From: Pseudomonadota bacterium | GTDB taxonomy: Bacteria; Desulfobacterota; Binatia; UBA1149 | DNA: 64,000 nt | Direction: 5' to 3' | NCBI GenBank assembly: GCA_014382245.1 | Contig: JACNKC010000057.1 | Span: 174 to 64,173 of the forward strand | Shown: positions 17,876 to 26,251 of the stretch, piece by piece | Layout: each line of letters begins with the position of its first letter | Numbering within the stretch: the first letter of the stretch is position 1 | Notes under the pieces: generated by a model | What the model was told of the DNA's origin: nothing | The model's input: the letters and a program-made list of their open reading frames with translations, nothing else | Databases searched by the model: none | Translations under genes and position numbers: made by a program

Positions 17876-18664
17876 TCAGGCCGCCGGCCAGGCCGTGCCA
17901 CCGTCCACCTTTATTACGGCGCCGGTGGTGTAACTCGAAGCGTCGCTGGCCAGGTACAACGCCGCTCCCACGATCTCGTCGGGTCGGCCGCCGCGCTGCA
18001 ACGGTATGTGGGCGGCGGCGCTCTGTTCGAAGGCATCCATGTCCCAGGCCTTGGCTATGTCGGTGAGAAACGGCCCGGGCATGATGCAGTTGACCCTGAC
18101 CGAGGGAGCGTAGGCTCTGGCTAAGCCCAGGCTGAGCGCGTTGAGCCCGGCCTTGGCCGTGGCGTAGGGTAGCTCGTTGGGCGTGGGCTGCACCGCGGCG
18201 ATGCTGCTCACGTTGATAATAGACCCACCGTCGCCCGCCGCCATGCGCTCGCCCACGAGCGCCGACAGCCTGAAGGGCCCCTTGAGGTTTACTCCTATGA
18301 CCTTGTCGAAGAGTTCTTCGCTGACCTCGGCGAGCGAAGGGTACAGCGGCGACATGCCGGCGTTGTTTACCAGCACGTCCACGCGGCCGAAGTGCTTGTA
18401 GGCCGTGTCGACCAGCTCCTGGCACTGCTGCCAGTGGCCGGCGTGAAAGCCTACCCCCAGCGCGTGTCGACCGGTGAGCTCGGTGAGCTGCGTGGCCAGC
18501 TCCTCGCATGCCTTCTCCTTGCGGCTGGCGACCACCACCTCGGCGCCCGCGCGGGCGAAAGCCATCGCCATCTCCCTGCCCATGCCGCGGCTGCCGCCGG
18601 TGACCAGAGCCACGCGGCCCTCGAGATTGAAGAGATCGTTTGCCTGCGAGTCGTTTCTTTTCAC
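17876..18664 (-). CDS. SDR-family oxidoreductase
   Basis: LEGRVALVTGGSRGMG (TGxxxGxG), NNAG, and Y..K in PYATAKAG. Start at GTG 18664, preceded by AGGA. The track ORF extends to 18766. Confidence 0.85.
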   Translation of the reverse strand: MKRNDSQANDLFNLEGRVALVTGGSRGMGREMAMAFARAGAEVVVASRKEKACEELATQLTELTGRHALGVGFHAGHWQQCQELVDTAYKHFGRVDVLVNNAGMSPLYPSLAEVSEELFDKVIGVNLKGPFRLSALVGERMAAGDGGSIINVSSIAAVQPTPNELPYATAKAGLNALSLGLARAYAPSVRVNCIMPGPFLTDIAKAWDMDAFEQSAAAHIPLQRGGRPDEIVGAALYLASDASSYTTGAVIKVDGGTAWPAA

Positions 18665-18792
18665 GATTTTTCCTGTTTTCACGGGTGGAGTGACTGTCTT
18701 TCTGCCTGATGTGCAAGGCTGATACGAGGCATTTGCCGTTGCCTTTCGGTCGGCAGCGAGCAGCACGGCCGCAGGCGCGCTACAATGGCCCG

Positions 18793-19005
18793 ATGAACAA
18801 TGTCATCAACGGTCGTCGTGCTGCCTGGATGTGGGTCGTCTTGCTGCTCGGCTGTTTCATGAGCTCCGGCTGCCTGCTGACCAAGATCGTTTCGGTGCCA
18901 CTGCGGGTCGTCGGTGCGGTGGTTTCCATAGTCCCGATCGCGGGCAACCAGGCCCACGACGCCATCGACGCCACGGCCGACACCCTCGACGAACTGCCGT
19001 TTTGA
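18793..19005 (+). CDS. Small putative lipoprotein (70 aa)
   Basis: MNNVINGRRAAWMWVVLLLGCFMSSGC.. is a signal with lipobox-like Cys. TACAAT at 18781-18786 ends 6 nt before the ATG, which suggests a leaderless transcript. The stop abuts the next gene's start. Confidence 0.5.
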   Translation: MNNVINGRRAAWMWVVLLLGCFMSSGCLLTKIVSVPLRVVGAVVSIVPIAGNQAHDAIDATADTLDELPF

Positions 19006-20148
19006 TTGCCGCGGGGTACCTGGGTGGCTGATGATTACGAAGCGGTGATGGCGGCCGCGGTGGGCCCGCTGCTTGCCAGTCTTGACGGCTTCGAGCAGCT
19101 GCAGCGCCGGCTGCATCCGCCCGAGCTGCCCGCCCTGCGCGCAGCCATGAAACCGGTGGGACAGCGCCTGGCCTCGGGGCTTGACGGCATTGCGGCTGCC
19201 AGCCCGCCCGAGGCCTTGCGCGGCTTTAATGACCAGCTGTTGGCCGGTGGCCGATCGCTTGCCGAGGCCTTCGATCTTTTCTGCTCAGAGGCGGCGGCCG
19301 AGCAGGCCATCATGCAGGTGCTCGCGTCGATGGGTGCCTTCACCCGTTCGCTCGAACAACTCTACCCACTGCGCACCTTCCCGCCGCTCGGGCGATTCTT
19401 TGTCGAACAGGAGTTTCACGATCGCCTCGACGAGCTTGATCCCGAGTCGCGCGAGGGCGTGGCCACGGGGGTGCACCTGGGCGGTGACGCCAACGATCGC
19501 AAGGCCCGCGGTGGCTTCGCGCTCTACGTTCCCGAGTGGTGGGACGGCAGCGCCGAGATGCCGCTCGTGGTAGCCCTGCACGGAGGCTCGGGCGACGGGC
19601 GCGGTTTCATGTGGAGCTGGCTGAGAGAGGCCCGCGGCCGTGGGTTTTTTCTGCTCGCCCCCACCGCCCAGGGCTCGACCTGGTCGATGATGGGCGAAGA
19701 CATCGACGGCCCGGCCCTGCGGGCCATGGTAGAGCTGGTCGCCGAGCGCTGGCCGGTAAAGCGCTCGAGTATCCTGCTCACCGGCCTGTCCGACGGTGCG
19801 ACTTACTCGCTGCTCACCGGCCTTGCCGAAGACTCACCCTTTACCGCGTTTGCTCCGATGTCGGGGGTACTGCACCCCGGAAATCTCGAGCGAGGCAACA
19901 TGCAGCGCGCCGCGGGCAGGCGTATTTATCTCGTGCATGGCGCCTTGGACTGGATGTTCCCGGTGGAAACAGCGCGCTGGGCGGCCGGGCAGCTGGGCGA
20001 TGCCGGCGCCGAGCTGGTGTACCGCGAAATAGAGGACCTGTCGCATACCTATGCCCGCGACGAAAACGACCGTATACTGGATTGGTTCGATGCTTCGCTG
20101 GCCCTGCCCGGCGACGGCGAGAAGAACAAGGGAGGAAACGAAACATGA
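19006..20148 (+). CDS. Phospholipase/carboxylesterase-type alpha/beta hydrolase with an N-terminal helical extension
   Basis: PLVVALHGGSGDGRGFMWSW, GFFLLAPTAQGSTWS and LTGLSDGATYS (GxSxG-like). Start is ambiguous (TTG 19006 to ATG 19048). Confidence 0.75.
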   Translation: MPRGTWVADDYEAVMAAAVGPLLASLDGFEQLQRRLHPPELPALRAAMKPVGQRLASGLDGIAAASPPEALRGFNDQLLAGGRSLAEAFDLFCSEAAAEQAIMQVLASMGAFTRSLEQLYPLRTFPPLGRFFVEQEFHDRLDELDPESREGVATGVHLGGDANDRKARGGFALYVPEWWDGSAEMPLVVALHGGSGDGRGFMWSWLREARGRGFFLLAPTAQGSTWSMMGEDIDGPALRAMVELVAERWPVKRSSILLTGLSDGATYSLLTGLAEDSPFTAFAPMSGVLHPGNLERGNMQRAAGRRIYLVHGALDWMFPVETARWAAGQLGDAGAELVYREIEDLSHTYARDENDRILDWFDASLALPGDGEKNKGGNET

Positions 20149-20534
20149 CTATCGATCTATGGATGCTGGTTTACTGTTGTACCCTGGCGCTGCTTAGCCC
20201 CGCGTTGTACCTGGTCGGACGTTTCGGAGCGGCCGGTGGCATGGAGTGGCTGCTGGGCAACCGCGACAGCTCGCTCGGTGTGCCAGCGTGGACCGACCGT
20301 GCCGTGCGTGCCCACTACAACCTCATCGAGAGCCTGGTACCGTTTGCCGCTCTCGTGCTGGTGGCCCACACGGCGGGCCTGGCCAACGAGACCACGGCCC
20401 TGGGCGCCACGGTGTTTTTCTGGGCCCGCGTTCTTTACGTGCCAGTGTATACGGCCGGCCTTCGGCCCTGGCGCACGCTGGTCTGGTTCGTGGGCCTGGG
20501 CGGGCAGATCATGATACTGGGCGAGTTGCTCTGA
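20145..20534 (+). CDS. MAPEG-family membrane protein
   Basis: 129 aa, 3-4 TM segments. NRDSSLGVPAWTDRAVRAHYNLIESLVPFAALVLVA is typical of bacterial MAPEG. ATGA overlap with the upstream esterase stop. Confidence 0.8.
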   Translation: MTIDLWMLVYCCTLALLSPALYLVGRFGAAGGMEWLLGNRDSSLGVPAWTDRAVRAHYNLIESLVPFAALVLVAHTAGLANETTALGATVFFWARVLYVPVYTAGLRPWRTLVWFVGLGGQIMILGELL

Positions 20535-20544
20535 AGCGTAGCGA

Positions 20545-20922
20545 TCAGTCGCGCCAGGCCAGCAGTTGCAGCATGGATCTGCCAGTGACGCGCAGGGTGC
20601 CGAAGACATAAACCAGGCCGATCATGCCGTCGAAGACCACCAGCCCGTAGAGCTCCTCGCCCGCCAATCCAGCGGGTACCGCGTAAAGGACCGCGGCGGC
20701 GGCCGACAGTCTGACCAGGCCTTGCCAGACGATGACCGGCGCGCGTCCAGCTATGTCTTTTGACGCCCACACCAGGCATGCCGCAGCCATCATCAAGAAC
20801 ATGCCCAGTGTCAACAGCGGTACGAAGTGCTGGGGCACCGGGTCGGAGACTGCCCCGTACCAGGTACCCAGCCCCACCAGGTAGTCCAGGGCACCGGTGA
20901 TAAGAACAAATTTCTGCAACAT
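20545..20922 (-). CDS. Hypothetical 4-TM membrane protein
   Basis: 125-aa hydrophobic ORF with a strong SD (AAGGAGA) 6-7 nt upstream of the ATG at 20922. No family recognised. Confidence 0.55.
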   Translation of the reverse strand: MLQKFVLITGALDYLVGLGTWYGAVSDPVPQHFVPLLTLGMFLMMAAACLVWASKDIAGRAPVIVWQGLVRLSAAAAVLYAVPAGLAGEELYGLVVFDGMIGLVYVFGTLRVTGRSMLQLLAWRD

Positions 20923-20981
20923 GCTTGTCTCTCCTTTATTTCGGTTCGTGGTCCTTTCCGCCCCTTGCCTCGCGCAGGGGA

Positions 20982-22244
20982 TCAGTCCTCACCCGCGGCC
21001 TCGGCGTCAAATTCAATGTACATCTCTTTTACGCCCGAGATGAAATTGGACACCAGCTGACGGTGCTCGCCCAGCAGGCGGGGGTTGCGCAGGCGCGGTA
21101 TCATTTCTTCGAACATAACGGTCAGCTCCTTGCGCGCCAGGTGTGAGCCCAGGCAGAAGTGCTGGCCTATGCCGAAGGTGCGGTGCTCGCTTTTGAGCTC
21201 GGGCATACGCTGCGCGCGGGTCACGTCGAAGGCTTCCGAATCGGGTCCGAACACCGACTGCTCGTGGTTGGCCGAAGGGTAATACATGCGCAGGATGTCG
21301 CCTTTTTTTACCTGCTTGTCGCCCACGGTGACGTCGCGGGTGGCGGTGCGCTGCATGTAGTTGAAGGACGGATGATAGCGCAGGATTTCTTCTACCGCGC
21401 CTGGTATCAGCGAGGGGTCGTCTACCAGCAGTTGCAGTTGCTCGGGGTGCTCGATGAGCAGGCGCATGCCCTGGCTGGTGGCCGTTCTCGTGGTCTCGAT
21501 TCCGCCGGCGATCAGTATCAGGAAGAAGGCGCAAAACTCGAATTCGTCGAGGGCCTCGCCTTCGACCACGCCGTTGAGCAGGGCGTCGAGCACGGTGCCC
21601 TCCCTGGGATTGGTCTTGTGCTCGGCGGCCAGGCCCATGGCGATTTCGAACAGGCGCGCTGCAGCCAACTGGCCGTCTTCCGAGCTCACGTTGAGCTCGG
21701 GGTCGTCCATGCCGATCATCACGTCCACCAGGTCCGAGAATTCCTTGCGTTTTTCTGAGGGCATTTCCATGAGTGCGCAGATGACGAACAAGGGCATCTC
21801 GGCAGCCACCTCCGAGGCGAACTCGCAGCGTCCCCTCGCCGCGATCTTGTCGATGATCTCGCGGGCGCGTTCTCGCATCATGGGCTCGAGCGCATCGACA
21901 GCGCGCAAGGTGAAGGCGTTGCGTACAACCTTGCGGTACTGGTTGTGGTCGGGGGGATCCATGTTGATGATCAGCCGCCGCATGATTTCCTGCTCTGCCG
22001 GGTCGTCGCCGGCGGGATGCGGGTGCGCCATGTTTATCGACGACGAGAACAGGCCGGGGTTCTTGGAGACAAAATCTATCTCCTCTCGCCTGGTGAGCGC
22101 CCAGAACTCGCCCGAGTGCTCGGTCGCATCCTGCCTTGAGACCGGGCACTGGCTCCTGAGCGTGGCCAGGTCTTCAAACGGTATGCCGTGGCTCATGCGC
22201 TCGGGGTCCATGAGGTTGAACTGGTAGGGGCATTCGTCGTTCAT
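20982..22244 (-). CDS. Cytochrome P450
   Basis: Heme-thiolate motif FGIGQHFCLGSHLA, I-helix AGGIETTRTA, and ExxR (EEILRY). 420 aa. Confidence 0.92.
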   Translation of the reverse strand: MNDECPYQFNLMDPERMSHGIPFEDLATLRSQCPVSRQDATEHSGEFWALTRREEIDFVSKNPGLFSSSINMAHPHPAGDDPAEQEIMRRLIINMDPPDHNQYRKVVRNAFTLRAVDALEPMMRERAREIIDKIAARGRCEFASEVAAEMPLFVICALMEMPSEKRKEFSDLVDVMIGMDDPELNVSSEDGQLAAARLFEIAMGLAAEHKTNPREGTVLDALLNGVVEGEALDEFEFCAFFLILIAGGIETTRTATSQGMRLLIEHPEQLQLLVDDPSLIPGAVEEILRYHPSFNYMQRTATRDVTVGDKQVKKGDILRMYYPSANHEQSVFGPDSEAFDVTRAQRMPELKSEHRTFGIGQHFCLGSHLARKELTVMFEEMIPRLRNPRLLGEHRQLVSNFISGVKEMYIEFDAEAAGED

Positions 22245-22330
22245 GTTATCTCCAGGGGGGTATCAGACGCCTCCCCCTTTTAGCGGGGCGGGGTTGGCTT
22301 GGCCAGCCCCGCGGTGCAGGGTGGTTGGCC

Positions 22331-23569
22331 ATGGCTGACCTGCTTTTCACCAACGCGACCGTGCTCGACCTGGTCGCGGGCGAGCCGCGGCCAGGAATGA
22401 CCGTGCGCTGCGAGGGCGAACGCATAGTCGAGCTGACTGAGAGGGGCGCCCGGGCTGCCGGCGGCGACCTGCGCAGTATCGACTGCCGCGGTCGCACGCT
22501 GATGCCCGGTCTCATCGACGCCCACGTGCACGCGTCCATCACCACGCTCGACCTTTCCTCCATGCAGAACAAGCCGGCCACCCTGGTGGCTCACGAGGCC
22601 GCTGCGGTGTTGGGCGGTATGCTTGACCGTGGTTTTACCACCGTGCGCGACGCCGGCGGCAGCGACTGGGGCCTGGCCCAGGCCGTGGACAAGGGGCTGG
22701 TAAGGGGCCCGAGGATTTTTTACTCGGGCAGGGTGCTCAGCCAGACCGGCGGCCATGGCGATTTCCGTCCACGCACCGATGACGTGCCCGTCTGCGCGTG
22801 CAGCATTTATTCCGGCGGTTTTTCGCACGTGGCAGATGGCGTAACGGCGGTGAGAAAAGCGGCGCGCGAGGAGCTGCGGCGTGGCGCTACGCAGGTCAAG
22901 ATCATGGCCTCTGGCGGTGTGGCTTCGCCTACCGACCCGGTGTGGAACGTCCAGTACTCGCCCGAGGAAATGCGCGCCATAGTCGAGGAGGCCCGGGGCT
23001 GGCGCACTTATGCCATGGCCCACGCCTACACGCCCGAGGCTGTGACCCGGGCCGTTCAAGCCGGCGTGCGCACCATTGAGCACGGCAACCTGATAGACGC
23101 TGACACGGCGAGGTTGATGGCCGAACACGGTGCCTTCCTGGTTCCCACGCTGGTCATCTACCACGCGGCTGCCGAGACGGGTAGGCAGTTCGGTTTTCCC
23201 GAGACGAGTATGCGTAAGCTCGACGACGTGCTGCAAGCCGGTACGCGTTCATTGGAGCTCGCCCGCGAAGCTGGTGTAGAGATGGGCTTTGGCACCGACC
23301 TGCTGGGCGAAGTACACGACCAGCAGCTGCGCGAGTTCAGCTTGCGCGCCGAGGTGCTGCCGCCGATCGAAGTGCTGAGGTCGGCCACCACGGTGAACGC
23401 CCGTATACTCGACCGCGAGGGCGAGCTGGGAGTAGTGGCCGAGGGGGCGCTGGCTGACTTGCTGCTGGTGGACGGCAACCCGCTCGATGACCTGTCGTTG
23501 TTCGCCGACCCGTCCCGCGTACCGCTGGTAGTAAAGGCAGGGCAGGTGGCCGTGGAGAGGGACGCCTGA
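22331..23569 (+). CDS. Amidohydrolase-family metallo-hydrolase
   Basis: MADLLFTNATVLD.., RTLMPGLIDAHVHA (HxH), and the KIMASGG region. ATG 22331 is preferred over the TTG at 22325. Confidence 0.85.
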   Translation: MADLLFTNATVLDLVAGEPRPGMTVRCEGERIVELTERGARAAGGDLRSIDCRGRTLMPGLIDAHVHASITTLDLSSMQNKPATLVAHEAAAVLGGMLDRGFTTVRDAGGSDWGLAQAVDKGLVRGPRIFYSGRVLSQTGGHGDFRPRTDDVPVCACSIYSGGFSHVADGVTAVRKAAREELRRGATQVKIMASGGVASPTDPVWNVQYSPEEMRAIVEEARGWRTYAMAHAYTPEAVTRAVQAGVRTIEHGNLIDADTARLMAEHGAFLVPTLVIYHAAAETGRQFGFPETSMRKLDDVLQAGTRSLELAREAGVEMGFGTDLLGEVHDQQLREFSLRAEVLPPIEVLRSATTVNARILDREGELGVVAEGALADLLLVDGNPLDDLSLFADPSRVPLVVKAGQVAVERDA

Positions 23570-24669
23570 TGGGCACCGCGCCGAGGGGCTGCCGGCTGAC
23601 GACGGAAGGCGGTCTACCACTGCTGGTCGAGCCCGAACTGCCGGGGGCTGGCGAATTGGGCAAAAGCGAAGCCGCCGGTGGCGGCGTAGCTACGGCCGTG
23701 GGTCTGGCCGCTTGGCTCAGCGAGAACAGCGACTGGGTGCAGGCGCGCCTGCTGGAGCACGGCGCGCTGTTATTCCGTGGCTTTCGGGTTACCGCCGCAC
23801 CCGACTTTGAGTCCGTGGCGCGCGCGTTAGAGCCCGAACTTGGCACCGAGTATCTCGGCACTTCGCCACGCGAGCCGCTTCAGGGTAGCCGCTACGTGTT
23901 TTCGGCAAGTGAGCTGCCCTCGCATTATCCCATCGCCCAGCACGCCGAGATGAGCTTCGTGGCCAGGCCACCGCGACGCTTGTTTTTTTGTTGCTTCCAG
24001 GAGCCCGCCGATGGCAGTGGTGAAACCCCGGTCACGGATTTGCGCAGGGTCTGGAGTGAGCTCGACGCTGATCTCAAGCGGCGGCTGCTGGCCGGCGGCC
24101 TGCGCATAGTGCGCAACTACTGCGGCCCGGCGGCGAAATCGCGCAGCCCGTTCCAACTCAAGGGCTGGCACGAGATGTTTGGCACCACCGATCGAGGGGC
24201 GGTGGAGACAAAGTGCCGCCTGGAGGGCTTCGAAGTGAGCTGGCTCGAGGGCGACGCGCTGCGCCTGGTCCACACCCAGTCGCTTGTGCGCGACCATTCC
24301 GACACCGGCGAAACCGCGTGGCACAATCACCTGCAGGTCTTTCATCTATCCTCGGCCGCCGGTGAATACCGACGTATTTTCGCCTTGCGACCCACGTTGC
24401 GTAACTTTGCGGTCTGGCAGTTGGCGCGTTTGCTTACCTTGCTGCAGCGCCTGACACGCAGCAGTGAAGAGCAGGCTATGCACTGCACACGTCTCGATGG
24501 TGGTGAGATTGCGACCGCCGACGTGGAGGCGGTGCGCGACGCCATCTGGCGCAACATGGTGGTGACGCCGTGGCGACTTGGCGACGTCCTGGTGATCGAC
24601 AACCAGTCTACGGCGCACGGTAGGTTGCCTTACCGAGGCCGTCGCGAAATCGCCGTGGCCTGGGCTTGA
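23569..24669 (+). CDS. Clavaminate-synthase-like / TauD-family Fe(II)/2OG dioxygenase
   Basis: HxE motif (AQHAEMSF) and distal His (STAHGRLPY). The start shares one nt with the upstream stop (TGATG), indicating translational coupling. Confidence 0.75.
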   Translation: MGTAPRGCRLTTEGGLPLLVEPELPGAGELGKSEAAGGGVATAVGLAAWLSENSDWVQARLLEHGALLFRGFRVTAAPDFESVARALEPELGTEYLGTSPREPLQGSRYVFSASELPSHYPIAQHAEMSFVARPPRRLFFCCFQEPADGSGETPVTDLRRVWSELDADLKRRLLAGGLRIVRNYCGPAAKSRSPFQLKGWHEMFGTTDRGAVETKCRLEGFEVSWLEGDALRLVHTQSLVRDHSDTGETAWHNHLQVFHLSSAAGEYRRIFALRPTLRNFAVWQLARLLTLLQRLTRSSEEQAMHCTRLDGGEIATADVEAVRDAIWRNMVVTPWRLGDVLVIDNQSTAHGRLPYRGRREIAVAWA

Positions 24670-24675
24670 CAGCAG

Positions 24676-25872
24676 TCAGGCGCCCTGGGCCGGCAGGGGC
24701 GTGTAACCGGCCTCGCGTATCGCTTCGCGGACCGTTTGCTCGTTGACATCACCCCATACGCTGGCACCGCCCGGCTCGAGCACGACGACCGCCGATTTGA
24801 CGCCCGGTGTCGCCAGCAGCGCTGTCTCCAGCCGCGTGCGGCAGTTGTTGCAGGTCATGCCTTCGACGGCCAGCTCGAGGTCGGCCGTCCTGCGCGAGGT
24901 CATGGCCCGGGTAAGCGCCGTGCGCAGTTCGCCCAGGGCAAAGCACGCGAGCGTGGCCGTGAGCAACAACGCTGAGCCCAGCTCCCACCAGGCCGGTCCG
25001 TTGCCGTGGTGGGGCAAGGCGCCGGTTCCCACGGGAAGCAGCGAGTCGAACAGCAGGCCGGCTGCAATGGATCCGACAACGATGGTACTCAGGTACACGC
25101 CCAGCGTGCGCCCACCCAGTGCGCGGTAGACGGCACCGATGGTGGCCACGTTGGTAGCCGGGCCAGCCATGAGAAACACCAGCGCGCTACCGGCCGGCAG
25201 GCCACCGGCAACCAGGGCCGCGGCTATGGGCACCGAGCCGGTCGCGCACACGTACAGCGGAACCGACACGGCCAGCACCGCCAGCATAGAGGCCATGCTG
25301 CCCAGCCCGGCCAGTGAGCCCGGCGGTACCCAGGTCGAGATTGCGGCCGACGCCAGCACGCCCACCGCGATCCAGCGCCATATGGTGCGAAGGATACTGA
25401 TCGAGTGTGACGCCATTCCCCGCAGGCTGCGCTCGACCTGTTCGTCGGGCGACTGTTGTTCGTCGCCTTGTACGGCTCCCGGCGAAACCGAGCCCGCCAG
25501 GTAACCGCCGGCTATGCCCGTGACCGCGGCCGCCGCTATTTTGAACAGGGCAAAGGGCCAGCCGAGGAACGACGCGCTCACCAGGGCCGAGTCAACACCG
25601 GTCTGCGGCGTGCTTATCAGGAATCCAACCGTGGCACCGCGATCGGCGCCGTCGCGACGTAAGCCCAGCGCGGCGGGGATGACCCCGCAGGAACAAAGCG
25701 GCAGCGGCACGCCCAGCGCGACGGCCTTGAGAACGCCCAGCCGCCCGCCCAGCTCGCGGTGTACGAAGCCGGCCGGGAGCGCGACGTGCAGCAGGCCGGC
25801 CACGACGGCGCCCAGCAGCAGCCAGGGTGCCAGCGAGAGCATCACGCCCCAGGCCTCGACCAGGAAAACCAT
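24676..25872 (-). CDS. Permease (ArsP-like / SO_0444-type predicted Cu/Zn efflux) fused to a C-terminal HMA metal-binding domain
   Basis: Polytopic, with LPLCSCGVIPAAL and VCATGSVPIAAAL motifs. The C-terminus carries LAVEGMTCNNCRTRLE (GMTCxxC). The start overlaps the csoR stop by 1 nt. Confidence 0.78.
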   Translation of the reverse strand: MVFLVEAWGVMLSLAPWLLLGAVVAGLLHVALPAGFVHRELGGRLGVLKAVALGVPLPLCSCGVIPAALGLRRDGADRGATVGFLISTPQTGVDSALVSASFLGWPFALFKIAAAAVTGIAGGYLAGSVSPGAVQGDEQQSPDEQVERSLRGMASHSISILRTIWRWIAVGVLASAAISTWVPPGSLAGLGSMASMLAVLAVSVPLYVCATGSVPIAAALVAGGLPAGSALVFLMAGPATNVATIGAVYRALGGRTLGVYLSTIVVGSIAAGLLFDSLLPVGTGALPHHGNGPAWWELGSALLLTATLACFALGELRTALTRAMTSRRTADLELAVEGMTCNNCRTRLETALLATPGVKSAVVVLEPGGASVWGDVNEQTVREAIREAGYTPLPAQGA

Positions 25873-26159
25873 CAGCGCGCCCCTATGCGGCTGTAGCGCG
25901 AAAACACTTCCATCAGCTCGTCGACCTTGGCCGCGCGGTCGTCGGAACTGCCGCTTTCAAACGCGTGGCTGACGCAGGTCTCGATGTGGTTCGACAGTAT
26001 CATCTCGCCTGCGCGCCCGAGCGCGCCCTGGGCGGCCGCGACCTGGGTGAGCACGTCCACGCAGTAGGTGTCCTGCTCCACCATGCGCCGCAGGGCCGCC
26101 ACCTGCCCCTCGGCCCGGTTGAGCCGGGTCAGAACCTTCTTACGGGTCTCATCGTCCAT
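25872..26159 (-). CDS. csoR: CsoR/RcnR-family metal-sensing repressor (C-H-C ligand pattern, copper-type)
   Basis: MDDETRKKVLTRLNRAEGQVAALRRMVEQDTYCVDVLTQV..LSNHIETC. Start at ATG 26159, supported by the promoter and operator geometry. The track ORF extends to 26222. Confidence 0.85.
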   Translation of the reverse strand: MDDETRKKVLTRLNRAEGQVAALRRMVEQDTYCVDVLTQVAAAQGALGRAGEMILSNHIETCVSHAFESGSSDDRAAKVDELMEVFSRYSRIGAR

Positions 26160-26165
26160 GCCGTG

Positions 26166-26194
26166 AATATACCCCCAGGGGGTATATAGGTCAA
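26166..26194 (-). promoter_or_regulatory. csoR promoter with overlapping CsoR-type operator; leaderless transcript predicted
   Basis: The minus strand reads TTGACC (26194-26189), 17 nt, then TATATT (26171-26166). The A of ATG 26159 is 7 nt after the -10. The perfect 10-1-10 palindrome ATATACCCCC-N-GGGGGTATAT (26167-26187) fills the spacer and -10, and resembles known CsoR TACCC..GGGTA operators. Confidence 0.65.
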
Positions 26195-26251
26195 GGGCTT
26201 GTTTCAGTGCTCGCATTGGCACGTGTCTCCCCTTTAGGTAACTAAGACCCC

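Noticed and set aside
20923-20981. Imperfect hairpin CCCCTTGC..GCAGGGG after the P450 stop, as a terminator
   Set aside because: The stem has a bulge and only about 7 bp, and there is no U-tract. The downstream membrane-protein gene has its own strong SD and may simply be co-transcribed.
22254-22281. Terminator-like AGGGGG-N13-CCCCCT followed by TTT on the plus strand
   Set aside because: No plus-strand gene ends upstream of it. It lies in the 5' leader of the minus-strand P450 gene next to its GGAGA SD, so if functional it would be a leader hairpin. The evidence is too weak to call.
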